IMG/VR virus record: IMGVR_UViG_3300029305_005387
Origin: a virus
Taxonomy: Duplodnaviria > Caudoviricetes
Length of the DNA: 64,000 bases
Strand: one strand, 5' to 3'
The position numbers and the translations under genes were made by a program. This document shows, one piece after another, positions 21,598 to 31,700 of the stretch (positions are counted from its first letter, which is position 1; each line of letters begins with the position of its first letter). The notes below the pieces were generated by a model, which worked only from the letters and a program-made list of their open reading frames with translations, was not told the DNA's origin and did no database searches.

Positions 21598-21858
21598 ATG
21601 GCAACTATCAAAGGTAAGGTAAAGTGGTTTAATCCTAAGAAGCGTTACGGATACATTACAGACAGTGAAGGAAATGATCATTTCGTTCATGCTAGCGGAA
21701 TTAAGGAAGCTCGTATGGTTCCTAGCTTTGAAGACGGTGATGAAGTTGAGTTCGAACTCACCAATGGTAAGAAGGGACAGCAGGCTACTAATGTTGTTCT
21801 TGTAACTAAGGTTGAAGATATGAAAGATAACGAAGAACCTACTTGCAGCCCTGAATAA
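21598..21858 (+). CDS. Cold-shock domain (CspA-family) nucleic-acid-binding protein
   Basis: KGKVKWFNPKKRYGYI (RNP1), HFVHAS (RNP2), GDEVEFE, GQQATNV. Confidence 0.92.
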   Translation: MATIKGKVKWFNPKKRYGYITDSEGNDHFVHASGIKEARMVPSFEDGDEVEFELTNGKKGQQATNVVLVTKVEDMKDNEEPTCSPE

Positions 21859-21876
21859 TAAATCATATAACAGTGT

Positions 21877-21918
21877 AATATCGGTTGGGAGCAATGTCTC
21901 CCAACCGATATTTTTTTT
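21877..21918 (+). terminator. Intrinsic terminator
   Basis: aatatcggttgggag-caatgt-ctcccaaccgatatt plus a long T tract. Confidence 0.88.
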
Positions 21919-21935
21919 ATTTTTTTTATTTTATA

Positions 21936-21948
21936 AACAGGAGTGTAA
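21936..21948 (+). promoter_or_regulatory. Late-type promoter motif AACA-N6-TAA
   Basis: aacaggagtgtaa directly after a terminator and before the SD of 21975. Confidence 0.5.
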
Positions 21949-21974
21949 AAATATGAAAAGGAGATGATTACACA

Positions 21975-22427
21975 ATGCCTAGTTTCAAAGTAAATGGAAG
22001 TAATACTACTATAAAAAGTACACCTACTCCACCACCAAAATCAAAAAATAATTTTAAAGTAACTGATAATTCAGCTACTAAGAAGTCTGTTGTTTCTAAA
22101 AAAGTAGAAGAAAAAATACAATCTGTGGAAATTCCTAAAAAAGAAATAACTCCATCTACAGATCATAGAAAAGAAGAAGTTTCTAAATCAATGTCATTAA
22201 ATGGTACATTTGCACCTATTCGTCGCAAAATGAGTAGAGATACTGAAAGAAAGATTAATGAAGTAATTGAAGAAACTACAAAGGATAAAATTATCGCTTT
22301 AGATAAAGAAGGATTGAATACGTTTATGAATTCTATTGTGGATATTCTGAGTGAAGAATTTGTTCATAGATCTGAAGTAGAATCAATTGTTCAGAAAACT
22401 TTACAAAAGATGGCGTTAGGGAAATAA
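21975..22427 (+). CDS. Hypothetical Lys/Ser/Pro-rich protein
   Basis: 150-aa ORF with AGGAG SD. Confidence 0.75.
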   Translation: MPSFKVNGSNTTIKSTPTPPPKSKNNFKVTDNSATKKSVVSKKVEEKIQSVEIPKKEITPSTDHRKEEVSKSMSLNGTFAPIRRKMSRDTERKINEVIEETTKDKIIALDKEGLNTFMNSIVDILSEEFVHRSEVESIVQKTLQKMALGK

Positions 22428-22520
22428 TATCGTATATGATGATAATAATATAATATATTCTAAATATGTAATCAAGGCAAGGATACATTATAATCATTAC
22501 ATATTTGGAGGTAATTTTAT

Positions 22521-22907
22521 ATGAAGACCGCATTTATGATCGCTTTTGAGAAGGCTGCACAGACTGATGCTAACGCTGCTAAGATGCTCGATGATGCTAA
22601 GAAACTTCATCGTCGTAACATTGAAGAAGAGCGTGCTCGCAAGGCTATGGAAGAGAAGAGGAAGGCTGAAGAGAAAGCTATTGCTGATAAGAAATTGGCA
22701 GAGGAAATCAAGAAACTCAATTTATATGGATACCAAGTATCTCCATATCAGTATTCTCTCGAAACTGGAATTATTTGGGCTCGTGATATGGATGACGCTC
22801 ATGATAAGTTAAGTCAGACATATGATGTGAAACATTCGTTCAGAGTTTCTATTTTCCCGATTGATCCAACTGTGGAACTCTATCGTATCGCAAAATACTA
22901 TGAATAA
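22521..22907 (+). CDS. Hypothetical protein with a charged coiled coil
   Basis: 128-aa ORF, GGAGG SD, early-type motif AATATATTCT at 22452-22461. Confidence 0.8.
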   Translation: MKTAFMIAFEKAAQTDANAAKMLDDAKKLHRRNIEEERARKAMEEKRKAEEKAIADKKLAEEIKKLNLYGYQVSPYQYSLETGIIWARDMDDAHDKLSQTYDVKHSFRVSIFPIDPTVELYRIAKYYE

Positions 22908-22950
22908 AAAATAATGGGAGCCGTAAAAGCTCCCATTATTTTTTTTTATT
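22907..22950. terminator. Bidirectional intrinsic terminator
   Basis: aaaaataatgggagc-cgtaaaa-gctcccattattttt. Confidence 0.85.
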
Positions 22951-22951
22951 T

Positions 22952-24265
22952 TTAATAATCCAATGCACGGTTATCGAAACCCGATTCATCAGGTTCTACA
23001 AATGATAGATGTTTTGTGAGTGTAGGAATAATAAATTTCTTAATTGATTCCCAGATAGGTTTCTCATCTTTCTCTTTATTCAAATTCTTAAATGTAAATG
23101 TGAATGAATCGTCACCCTTGAATTTTAATCTTGAACGATTGCCTTCAATTAAACCATTATCCCTGCCATACATGATCATCGTTCTTAATGCATCAAAACC
23201 ATATTTATGACTAAATACCATTTCAAATGATACACCCTTAGAGTTATTACCCGATTGATTAGAAGAACTCTTAATAGGTTCAACCATTACAACATGACCT
23301 GCAATACCATCTCCTTCTTCAGTGAAATCATCAGAAGGTTTAGCTGTTAATTTAATGATATTAAATGGATAATAAATCATGGTTTTTCCGCCAGGAATAC
23401 TTTCATCTTGTTTCAAATAATTCTGTTGTTTAGCAACTGGAATAAATGCGTTCATACTCATATTACTATTAATATGATTAATTCCATATATGATAATATT
23501 TGCTTCTTTACATAGAGGAATTATATCTTTGAAGAATCCTTTTAATGTTTTAGCATCTCTAGCTCCTTCTGTATTACCTCTCATTTTTTCAGCATCAGAA
23601 GCTTCTTTATTACTATCAGGATTAAATGTTTCATTAAGTACAGTGGTGATGGAGTCAATAATAATGATTGTTGGTTCAAAAATCATTACTTCATTTCCGA
23701 ATTCATCTTTAAATCCAGATGGCACAATCATCTGATTTTTCAATCTCATTTTTGTTACATATGTTTTTACAATCATTTCCTGAATGATATCAAGACCAAC
23801 AGCACCTGTACGAATAATGTATCTCTCATTAGTAAAGAATGATGCAGGTAATTGTGTAATAGTTTCACATCTAGAAATATCAAAACGGTTTTCACAATCG
23901 AAATGAATACAGTTTGCGAACTTGTACTGTCTAATAATATTAGCTGCAATCTGAGCAGCTAGGGTAGTTTTGCCACTCCCAGAATTGCCTATAATTAGGT
24001 TAAATGTACCAGCAGCTTGTCCTACTCTAGGTTCCTGTTTAATAATTTTTCCTAAATCATCGTGGATGTTAATTACAGACCCAAAATAATAATCAAACAG
24101 ATGAAAACCAGTCTTTAGGAACGCAGTAGTAACATTTGTTTGAAAAAGGTTTTTCTTATCATTTTCTCTTAGTGCTGAAATTAGAGGATTATATGTTTGA
24201 CGTTTATCCATCTGATCAGCAATTTTATCGAGAACATCTGTCTCGTTTTTCTTTTTAGTTGCCAT
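22952..24265 (-). CDS. RecA/UvsX-like recombinase
   Basis: KTGFHLFDY, Walker A GNSGSGKTT, HFDCE, Walker B IIIIDS, INH, PGGK. Early-type motif at 24313-24322. Confidence 0.88.
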   Translation of the reverse strand: MATKKKNETDVLDKIADQMDKRQTYNPLISALRENDKKNLFQTNVTTAFLKTGFHLFDYYFGSVINIHDDLGKIIKQEPRVGQAAGTFNLIIGNSGSGKTTLAAQIAANIIRQYKFANCIHFDCENRFDISRCETITQLPASFFTNERYIIRTGAVGLDIIQEMIVKTYVTKMRLKNQMIVPSGFKDEFGNEVMIFEPTIIIIDSITTVLNETFNPDSNKEASDAEKMRGNTEGARDAKTLKGFFKDIIPLCKEANIIIYGINHINSNMSMNAFIPVAKQQNYLKQDESIPGGKTMIYYPFNIIKLTAKPSDDFTEEGDGIAGHVVMVEPIKSSSNQSGNNSKGVSFEMVFSHKYGFDALRTMIMYGRDNGLIEGNRSRLKFKGDDSFTFTFKNLNKEKDEKPIWESIKKFIIPTLTKHLSFVEPDESGFDNRALDY

Positions 24266-24336
24266 ATAAATAAGCTCCCTTCTTTTTATAAAGTGTTTAT
24301 CTCATCAGGTTCAGAATATATAAGTTAAGAATATTT

Positions 24337-24368
24337 ATATGAGGATGGGAACTTCCCATCCTCATATT
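24337..24368. terminator. Intrinsic terminator hairpin
   Basis: atatgaggatggga-act-tcccatcctcatat. Confidence 0.75.
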
Positions 24369-24369
24369 C

Positions 24370-25209
24370 TTATATACTAACTCTTGGAAGAAAATTTGTA
24401 GATGTATAAATCATATTTGGTTTTTCTAACACGATATGCGGAACTTGATTATGTGTAAAACAATTGTTATTTTCCAATGGAGTAACTTTTGTTACAACTA
24501 CTTGGAAATGTGGATCAAGTTTTAAAACAGTTCTATCAGTATCAATCATCTTTTCAATATAATCAATTTCATAAAAGAAACCAGGATAATATTTAAAATG
24601 ACTTTCCACTTGTAATTTCCACATATTTATTTTATTAGCACGATAGATATTAGATTTAATTCCCATTGAAGCTAACAATTTTTGAATCTGTTTAAATTTA
24701 TCAAATTTTACATCAAATAATGATACTTCATCTGGAGATAGATATGGTGAATAAGCTGTATCAAAAATTCCTCTAATGAATTGTCTTCTATCTTTATAAC
24801 TCTGATACATATAATCATCAAAGATAATATCTTGACCTTTATACCAATTTATACCAGCATCGTATGGATGTAAATTATTACTTCTTTTAAAATGTCTTGA
24901 ATCGAAAATAACTGGAAATAAATGTAATGGAAAATCTCCAGTAACTTTACATTCACAAGAAGGAAAATGTCTAGGAGATAAAATATCATCTAAATATAAA
25001 GCTTCATTAGAAGTTAAGAATTCTACTCTACCATCACTGTATGTTATTTCATACATATTTTCATAATTCATCATCCAGATGTCTTTAATTTCTAATAGTC
25101 GACTAGTTCTCCACTCATATACATAGTCACCGATATTTACTTCAGATATCTTTTTAATACCTTTATTTGTTAGAATTTGTCTGTTATAGATTTCTTTAGA
25201 AATATTCAT
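24370..25209 (-). CDS. Free-standing degenerate intein-like (Hint plus LAGLIDADG remnant) protein
   Basis: ILTNKGIKKISEVNIGDYV (Hint N-region), YEITYSDGR, RRQFIRGIFDT (LAGLIDADG-like), LLASMGI, C-terminal IVLEKPNMIYTSTNF. No exteins and no terminal HN. Confidence 0.7.
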   Translation of the reverse strand: MNISKEIYNRQILTNKGIKKISEVNIGDYVYEWRTSRLLEIKDIWMMNYENMYEITYSDGRVEFLTSNEALYLDDILSPRHFPSCECKVTGDFPLHLFPVIFDSRHFKRSNNLHPYDAGINWYKGQDIIFDDYMYQSYKDRRQFIRGIFDTAYSPYLSPDEVSLFDVKFDKFKQIQKLLASMGIKSNIYRANKINMWKLQVESHFKYYPGFFYEIDYIEKMIDTDRTVLKLDPHFQVVVTKVTPLENNNCFTHNQVPHIVLEKPNMIYTSTNFLPRVSI

Positions 25210-25238
25210 ATCACTCACCTCTATTTTAATTCATAATA

Positions 25239-25269
25239 TTAACCATCAGTTTTTAAACAGGCTTATTAA
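25239..25269. promoter_or_regulatory. Divergent late-type promoter motifs
   Basis: AACT-N6-TAA on - (25239-25251) and AACA-N7-TAA on + (25256-25269). Confidence 0.4.
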
Positions 25270-25313
25270 TGGTTAGATATTCGTAATCTACTACTCGAAA
25301 GGAGATAATTAAC

Positions 25314-26435
25314 ATGGCTAAAGTTACAAACACAACCTCAGAAGACGTAAGAGCTTCGATAGGTTCTATTTATGCTGATCTTCTAAGTAAACGACGTATT
25401 GAAAAAGAAGCGAAAGCTGAACAGAAACGAATGGAAGAAGAATTACGCAAGGCTGAAAAAGAAGAAAAGAGTACCAAAGAAGATGGTACTAAAATGACTA
25501 AGAAAGAAAAAAGAGAAAAGGAACTAGATAATTGGAAGACTATTGTAGTTGGTCTTACTGGTGACGATCTCGAATATTCTGGTAAGAAGAATAAGAAAAA
25601 AAAGTATCGTAAATGGATTGATGAAGAAGATACTGGAACTGTTATCGATCGTAAACCTAAAAAACATAAAAAGAGAAACTATAATAAAGAATTTGAACCT
25701 GAGTTAAATATGTTGAAAACATTGGTCGCAGAACAAAATCGATTCACTGCTGATTTACAGAGAAGATTCCAACATGCAGCTGGACCTGCTACTAAAGATG
25801 CAGCTCCTCCTAATAAAACAATGGTTGAATTAGCTTCTGCTATCACTAGTGGTAGAACTAATTCTCTTGGTATGCTTCGAGAGATCGGTAGTTTGAAGAA
25901 AACTATTGCTGATCTTTATATGAAACAGAAGAAGTTAGATGCTGATTTGGCTGGTGGATCTACATTTACTGATACTGGAGATTTAGCTCTAATGGGATCT
26001 AATATTGCTGCAAGTATGTTTGGAAATAGTAGCGTCGGCTTTACACCATCAATCCAAAGTTCTGATGTATATGGATCTCAATCTCAGATGATGGCACCTA
26101 TTATGCAAAATAACGGACAGTCTGTACAATCAGTTCAGCAAGTTCCTGTGAATGATGTACCTGTTTATCAAGCAACTGCATTTGATCCAGAAACTTGGGA
26201 AGGACCTCAGTTATCTAACACATTTACAGAATATGAAAATGTCCCTCATACAATCGTTGTAAAACGTAGTAAGGATACCGGTGATATGCGTTTTGCAGCT
26301 ATCCGTAATGATAATGGTGAAGAAATTACAGGATGTAATATCCCTACCAGTGATCCTAATAAATTAAATATCAATGAAAAAGATATGACTGTAAAAGGTC
26401 AATTTGATGAGGTATACAGAATAGTTGAAGTATAA
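25314..26435 (+). CDS. Hypothetical protein (Lys/Glu-rich N-terminus, coiled coil, small C-terminal beta domain)
   Basis: 373-aa ORF with AGGAG SD. Confidence 0.8.
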   Translation: MAKVTNTTSEDVRASIGSIYADLLSKRRIEKEAKAEQKRMEEELRKAEKEEKSTKEDGTKMTKKEKREKELDNWKTIVVGLTGDDLEYSGKKNKKKKYRKWIDEEDTGTVIDRKPKKHKKRNYNKEFEPELNMLKTLVAEQNRFTADLQRRFQHAAGPATKDAAPPNKTMVELASAITSGRTNSLGMLREIGSLKKTIADLYMKQKKLDADLAGGSTFTDTGDLALMGSNIAASMFGNSSVGFTPSIQSSDVYGSQSQMMAPIMQNNGQSVQSVQQVPVNDVPVYQATAFDPETWEGPQLSNTFTEYENVPHTIVVKRSKDTGDMRFAAIRNDNGEEITGCNIPTSDPNKLNINEKDMTVKGQFDEVYRIVEV

Positions 26436-26453
26436 CCAAGGAGGTGATTCACT

Positions 26454-29400
26454 GTGAGTAAATCAACTAAACAAAATGGACCACTTCAAAACTTATTTGT
26501 AGATATAAAAAAGATTCTTGATTTTACTGAATTTAAAGATCTAGCAGCTGCAAAGGCTGCTGAAACTGAACTTAGTAAAGGTATGGCAGAAGTTTGGATG
26601 AATGCTATTGTTAAAAATGATAATTATATCACCTACAAAAAATGGTGGACAAAGGCAATGTTTCAAGAAATATCAAATAACATTAAGACTCTTGAATATA
26701 ATTATTTCATAAATAATCCATTCAATGTTCCATTAAAATATAGAGAGAATCTTCTAATTAAAGGCAGAGAAGCTTTCTTGAATCAATATGTAGAACAGAA
26801 CGATTATTATAGAAAGCTTAGTGGTTTACCACCTTTTGAAACTCCTGAATCTGATTATATTTACATGAGTGAAGAATTGCGAGAAAAACTTCATGTAGAA
26901 AATATTCCAGTTCATGAAATGAATGTTTATATTCAAAATAATTACATGAATACAGAAGAGTATCAGAATGTTTTAAAAAATAATCCAGAAAAAGAATACT
27001 TGAAGTATCTTGGCAGATATAAAATTGATATTTATACAGCAAGAAAAGCTAAAGATTTTGATATTATAAGATATCCTTCAAATAGAGCAGATATCAATCC
27101 AAACGTATTATCAGCATTTGCATCATTGTATACAGATTATCGTGAGTATGTAATGGTAGTATTATATAATTCCAAATTGGAAGAAACTCATGTAAACTAT
27201 CGTACCTTTATGGGTGTTTTAATTATTTCATTTGCTTTATTACAAATTGGAAACAAAGCTTTGGAATCTGTAAATAATCATAAATATCTTGATGATGCTG
27301 TTTTACACACAATTCTCTCAATGTATGGAATTCCAGAATCTTTATTGCTAACACAAGATGTTAGACGAGATCTTGCAGCTAATATCTTAAAACTCGTACG
27401 GAATAAAGGTACTGAAGATGTTTATTATGATCTAATGAGAATTCTTGGATATCAGGATGTGACAATTAGTAAGTTGATGCTTATGAAAGGACAAGAATTC
27501 GATTCTGAAAATAATAATGCTGCTTTATCAAGTGTAAATCCGTACTTTTTACAGCTTGATTTGAAAGATGATAATCCATATGAAACCATTGCTTCTGGTA
27601 AGGCACATATATTTGATTATCATTCAATTATCGATAAAGATCCTACATGGTGGGATTTACCAGATGTTCAGAAAATTCTTAAAGAAAGTGCATACACATT
27701 AACTGATTCTAAATATATAATGATTGAATCTGTAGTGCATCAGATGAAATATGTTTTTGAGTCAATTTATTTTACGAGAATGATTCTGGATAATAAAACA
27801 TTGACAGATGAATTCAATATTGAAGTTCCTGAATTATTTGGTAAAGAAATGATTTCAGTTTATGATCTGATTTTATTCGTGATATGTGCAACATGTATGA
27901 CGAATGGATTATCAGGATTAATTAATACAGAAACTGATAAATTGTTAGCTACAGCTGGTTTTAACTTTGATTTAGATATAGATTCATTTATTGAATTTCT
28001 AAATACTACTCGATATGTTGATAAAAATAGAATTATGAAATTTCTTGATAATTTATCAATGAATAATATCGATGATATTAATAGAATCTTTAATGATGTA
28101 ATGTATCCAATGAGAGAATGGCTACAAGAGAAAATATCTTCATCTACTATACGAGAAGAATATGTGGAATATGAAAGTATCTACAGAGCTTTATATACAT
28201 ATGATTTTTCTCGAAATAAATTTCTTGATGATTTTGAAATGCCAATTGAAACTATCAAAAAGAAATATAATTTAAGTGATGAAGATTTATTAGCTTTTAA
28301 ACATTTCTATCCTAGATCAATTGATGGAAAAGCTGTAAGTGTTACTGAATATAATGCATCTGTAAATAATAGCAGGTATCATTATCCATTTTTATCATTG
28401 ACGGAAAATATCGATTGGTATATTCATATAACACTTGATACTCCTGACGGTAAAGTTGATGATAGAGGATATTTATATTTTCATGATATCCTGAATTCTG
28501 ATAATCTCTTAACTTTAACTAATCCGGACGGCACTAGGGTCTTTATGGATTATGAAGATGCTGAAATTGGTTGGGAAGTGAATAAACAAGCTGTTGATAA
28601 AGCTATTTCATTGATAAGTCAATTAGATGATAAAGCTTTAAAAAACGGATATTTCCAAGTATATACACCTATATTGAATAGTCATGGTAAATATTATTCT
28701 GATAAAGAAAAATTACCAGCTACTATTAGAAATAGCGGTATCTATAAAGATATATTAATTGATAAAATTATTATGGATACAAATGGTCTAGCTACTCAAC
28801 CAAAAACATATTTTGAGGCTCTTTATAGAAAAAATGAAAATCTTTATAATCTTCTAATGAAAGATGATAGATTCAATAGAAATAAAGATGCTTGGATGAA
28901 TGATATCATGACTATTGTTATGGCTATCGAAACTGGATTGAATGTACATTTGAAGTATTTTGAACAGTCGGTATTAGGCGAAGAACTTTTCTTCAAACCA
29001 TTGATTACATTAATTAAACATTTTAAATCAAAATTAGTTCAAATTGCTAAGACTGGTCTAAAATATGTTTTTGATGATAAGATAGATGTCGGTGGTAATT
29101 CAAATATGTTCAAGATGTTTGATAATGTTCAATTCTTGGTACATTTCTCTACAATTGATCAGAAAGGTTATGATTCTCAGTTCGGATTTTATGATACAGA
29201 ACGAAGAATAACTCATCATATCATAATGAAAGATAGATCGGAAATTCTACGAATGGTTTCAGGAGAAGGATTCTTAGCTGAAACAAGAGAATCAAGAATG
29301 GGCTCAATGCGATTAGTAGATGAAGTGAAATTATCTAAGAATGGAACTCCGTTAGATCCTAATGGTCATTCCTCTGTATGGTTTAGTGGAGAACCTGGTA

Positions 29401-29525
29401 CTGGACGTTGGAGTGAAGAAGATGATATTCTTATGAGAAATAGAAAATCATTTGAACGAATTCAAACAAAAACTGCTGATCTCGAAGGATGGAAAGACTT
29501 TGTAGAATCATATGTTCCAAATTAA
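26454..29525 (+). CDS. Putative baseplate wedge-like virion protein
   Basis: 1023-aa ORF. LSMYGIP...LVRNKGTEDVYYDLMRILG resembles the KGT motif of contractile-tail wedge proteins. Confidence 0.55.
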   Translation: MSKSTKQNGPLQNLFVDIKKILDFTEFKDLAAAKAAETELSKGMAEVWMNAIVKNDNYITYKKWWTKAMFQEISNNIKTLEYNYFINNPFNVPLKYRENLLIKGREAFLNQYVEQNDYYRKLSGLPPFETPESDYIYMSEELREKLHVENIPVHEMNVYIQNNYMNTEEYQNVLKNNPEKEYLKYLGRYKIDIYTARKAKDFDIIRYPSNRADINPNVLSAFASLYTDYREYVMVVLYNSKLEETHVNYRTFMGVLIISFALLQIGNKALESVNNHKYLDDAVLHTILSMYGIPESLLLTQDVRRDLAANILKLVRNKGTEDVYYDLMRILGYQDVTISKLMLMKGQEFDSENNNAALSSVNPYFLQLDLKDDNPYETIASGKAHIFDYHSIIDKDPTWWDLPDVQKILKESAYTLTDSKYIMIESVVHQMKYVFESIYFTRMILDNKTLTDEFNIEVPELFGKEMISVYDLILFVICATCMTNGLSGLINTETDKLLATAGFNFDLDIDSFIEFLNTTRYVDKNRIMKFLDNLSMNNIDDINRIFNDVMYPMREWLQEKISSSTIREEYVEYESIYRALYTYDFSRNKFLDDFEMPIETIKKKYNLSDEDLLAFKHFYPRSIDGKAVSVTEYNASVNNSRYHYPFLSLTENIDWYIHITLDTPDGKVDDRGYLYFHDILNSDNLLTLTNPDGTRVFMDYEDAEIGWEVNKQAVDKAISLISQLDDKALKNGYFQVYTPILNSHGKYYSDKEKLPATIRNSGIYKDILIDKIIMDTNGLATQPKTYFEALYRKNENLYNLLMKDDRFNRNKDAWMNDIMTIVMAIETGLNVHLKYFEQSVLGEELFFKPLITLIKHFKSKLVQIAKTGLKYVFDDKIDVGGNSNMFKMFDNVQFLVHFSTIDQKGYDSQFGFYDTERRITHHIIMKDRSEILRMVSGEGFLAETRESRMGSMRLVDEVKLSKNGTPLDPNGHSSVWFSGEPGTGRWSEEDDILMRNRKSFERIQTKTADLEGWKDFVESYVPN

Positions 29526-29529
29526 TAAA

Positions 29530-29575
29530 AAAATAAAAGATAAGGAGTGGTGTTAACACCACTCCTTATCTTTTA
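29530..29575. terminator. Bidirectional intrinsic terminator
   Basis: aaaagataaggagtggtg-ttaa-caccactccttatctttt. Confidence 0.85.
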
Positions 29576-30144
29576 TTATAAACCAATGAGTGGATTTTAT
29601 CACTTATAGTACCCCATATAACATATTGGAAATATTCAATACATCTTATTCTTCTACATTCATATGGAATTTTAATATTATCATTGATGAATTGTGTTAT
29701 TTTATTACTATAACATGGATTCTTTTTATCTGGATAATACCATTTTGGTTTCTTCGTACTGATATAAAAATTTGGAATATCTTTGTAAAAATGTTGGAAT
29801 TGACTAGATGTAGGATCTATATGAAAGTGATATCCGAGCATACTTAATTCAACCCATGTATGTTCATAGAACCATTTATTTGATTTTAATACAGGAGTGT
29901 GTTTTTGTTCACCATGTACAATTTTTATTTTTATTTTGAAACACTGATATTGCCAGTGTTCGTCTAATTGTTGATAAAATTCGTATTCAAATAATTTTGA
30001 AGCTCTATCACATAATCCAGTTAGTTTTAAATTATCAGGATTTTCAGCTAGTAATTTATTTCGTACCCTTATTACAGCAGGTAAAATTAAATCATTTATT
30101 ATTTTCTCTTTATTAGTTTTATGATTTAAATAATCATTATCCAT
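29566..30144 (-). CDS. Transglutaminase/papain-like fold protein with a putative Cys-His-Asp triad
   Basis: TGLCDRAS ... HTWVE ... IDPTSSQF. Confidence 0.6.
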   Translation of the reverse strand: MDNDYLNHKTNKEKIINDLILPAVIRVRNKLLAENPDNLKLTGLCDRASKLFEYEFYQQLDEHWQYQCFKIKIKIVHGEQKHTPVLKSNKWFYEHTWVELSMLGYHFHIDPTSSQFQHFYKDIPNFYISTKKPKWYYPDKKNPCYSNKITQFINDNIKIPYECRRIRCIEYFQYVIWGTISDKIHSLVYNKR

Positions 30145-30170
30145 AATTCTTCTCTCCTCATATAAAAGAA

Positions 30171-30199
30171 AGGATTGGGGTTTATATAAACCCCAATCC
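30171..30199. terminator. Intrinsic terminator hairpin
   Basis: ggattggggttta-ta-taaaccccaatcc. Confidence 0.7.
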
Positions 30200-30209
30200 G
30201 TGTTAATGG

Positions 30210-30368
30210 TTACTCAGTGAAATATTCAAGTTCTGTCTGTTTATTATTTTTTGTTTCAGTGATTGAATTATCTTTGATCTTTTTCTTTTCTTCCTCTTCT
30301 TTCATTTCCATAGAAAGTCGATATTTTAGATCATTATCACTATTTGCTCTTACTGTCGTCTTTTCCAT
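30210..30368 (-). CDS. Small hypothetical protein (52 aa)
   Basis: Below the track cutoff. AAGGAG SD, MEKTTVRANSDNDLKYRLSMEMKEEEEKKKIK...YFTE. Confidence 0.55.
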   Translation of the reverse strand: MEKTTVRANSDNDLKYRLSMEMKEEEEKKKIKDNSITETKNNKQTELEYFTE

Positions 30369-30531
30369 TTGTTAAAAACTCCTTTCCGCTCATTTTGACA
30401 TTCTTATCAATTTTTACTAAATGTGAATATCTACCACATTTAATTCTACCTGTTTTAATCTGAGATATAATTGAATCTAATGAAGTATCTTTATACTCCT
30501 CATATCTGTCTTGACAACGCATAAACTTCAA
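30340..30531 (-). CDS. Small hypothetical protein (63 aa)
   Basis: AAGGAGG SD and early-type motif TATATATTCT at 30547-30556. Confidence 0.6.
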   Translation of the reverse strand: MKFMRCQDRYEEYKDTSLDSIISQIKTGRIKCGRYSHLVKIDKNVKMSGKEFLTNGKDDSKSK

Positions 30532-30597
30532 CCTCCTTCTAACTATAGAATATATAAGTGAACTCGAAAATTAAATATTCAAATATTTTAAGAAAGG

Positions 30598-31656
30598 ATG
30601 TATAAAATGGATACAAATAATATTTTATCTCTCAATTTATGTGATAATATTATTGATGAGATATTCGGTAAAAAAGAATTTCTAGAATTCTCTTATGCAC
30701 TGAATTTTTTAGATGAATACGGATCTCCAAAAACTTTTTTAGAAAAAGTTGAAGATGAAGAGTTTGGAATGCGTAAAAAGATGTCTAGAATTGCGAAGAA
30801 TACTAAAGATACAGCTAGAGAAACTATAAAAGTATATGGACAATTAACTGACGCCGGCGGTGGGTTAGTTAAAACTGGCTGGGATTTAATGATGAAATGT
30901 ATTACCCTTGGTACAAAAACTATTTGGTTTATCATTAAAACAATTACAAAAATACCTAAAGCTCTCCTGGATATCATTAATAAGATTGAACAAATTCCAA
31001 GCGATATTGTTAATAAAATCAAGGGTAATATTAAATTATACATTACCGTTGATGATCTTGAAATGTTGTATAATAATTCTCTACTTAGACGCTTAGATGA
31101 TTATATCGAAGTAATCACTGCATTAACTAAAGGAGAAATGTGGGGAACATTTTTCAATAAAATACAGCGTAGAAACGATACCGGTAAACCTTTTTCATTT
31201 AGAATCAATCAGAATGACATGAAATTATGTCGTAAGGCTGAAGCATTATATAACACAATAGAAAATATTAAATTTAGTCAAAGTGTAATTGAAATGAATA
31301 ATCAAGAAGTTATTCAAACTTACTTTGGAAACGACAAACGAGTTATTTCATTTACAGATCTAAAAGGTAAACAACATCAAGGGACTTATTATGAAACATT
31401 AATTCAGTTAATGAAAGATATCGAAAGTCGTAAAAGTTCATTAGAACTTATACAAACTGATTTTGGTAAAAAATATGATGATAATCAACTTGCCCAGGAA
31501 TTTGCTAAGTTAGGAGTAATGGCTCAGAATAGAGTTGTAACTACTATGCAGCAGATATCCAAAGTTTTATCTATTATAGGGAACATAATAAAATATGTTA
31601 CTACTGATATCAATACTATGGATACCACTATTAAGAAACTTTTGAAATCTAAATAA
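30598..31656 (+). CDS. Hypothetical helical protein, possibly an internal virion protein
   Basis: 352-aa ORF with amphipathic helices and an xxE-rich N-terminus. Confidence 0.65.
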   Translation: MYKMDTNNILSLNLCDNIIDEIFGKKEFLEFSYALNFLDEYGSPKTFLEKVEDEEFGMRKKMSRIAKNTKDTARETIKVYGQLTDAGGGLVKTGWDLMMKCITLGTKTIWFIIKTITKIPKALLDIINKIEQIPSDIVNKIKGNIKLYITVDDLEMLYNNSLLRRLDDYIEVITALTKGEMWGTFFNKIQRRNDTGKPFSFRINQNDMKLCRKAEALYNTIENIKFSQSVIEMNNQEVIQTYFGNDKRVISFTDLKGKQHQGTYYETLIQLMKDIESRKSSLELIQTDFGKKYDDNQLAQEFAKLGVMAQNRVVTTMQQISKVLSIIGNIIKYVTTDINTMDTTIKKLLKSK

Positions 31657-31659
31657 AAA

Positions 31660-31697
31660 AATAATACAAGGGAAGCATAATGCTTCCCTTGTATTAT
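31660..31697. terminator. Bidirectional intrinsic terminator
   Basis: ataatacaagggaagca-taa-tgcttcccttgtattat. Confidence 0.85.
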
Positions 31698-31700
31698 ATA

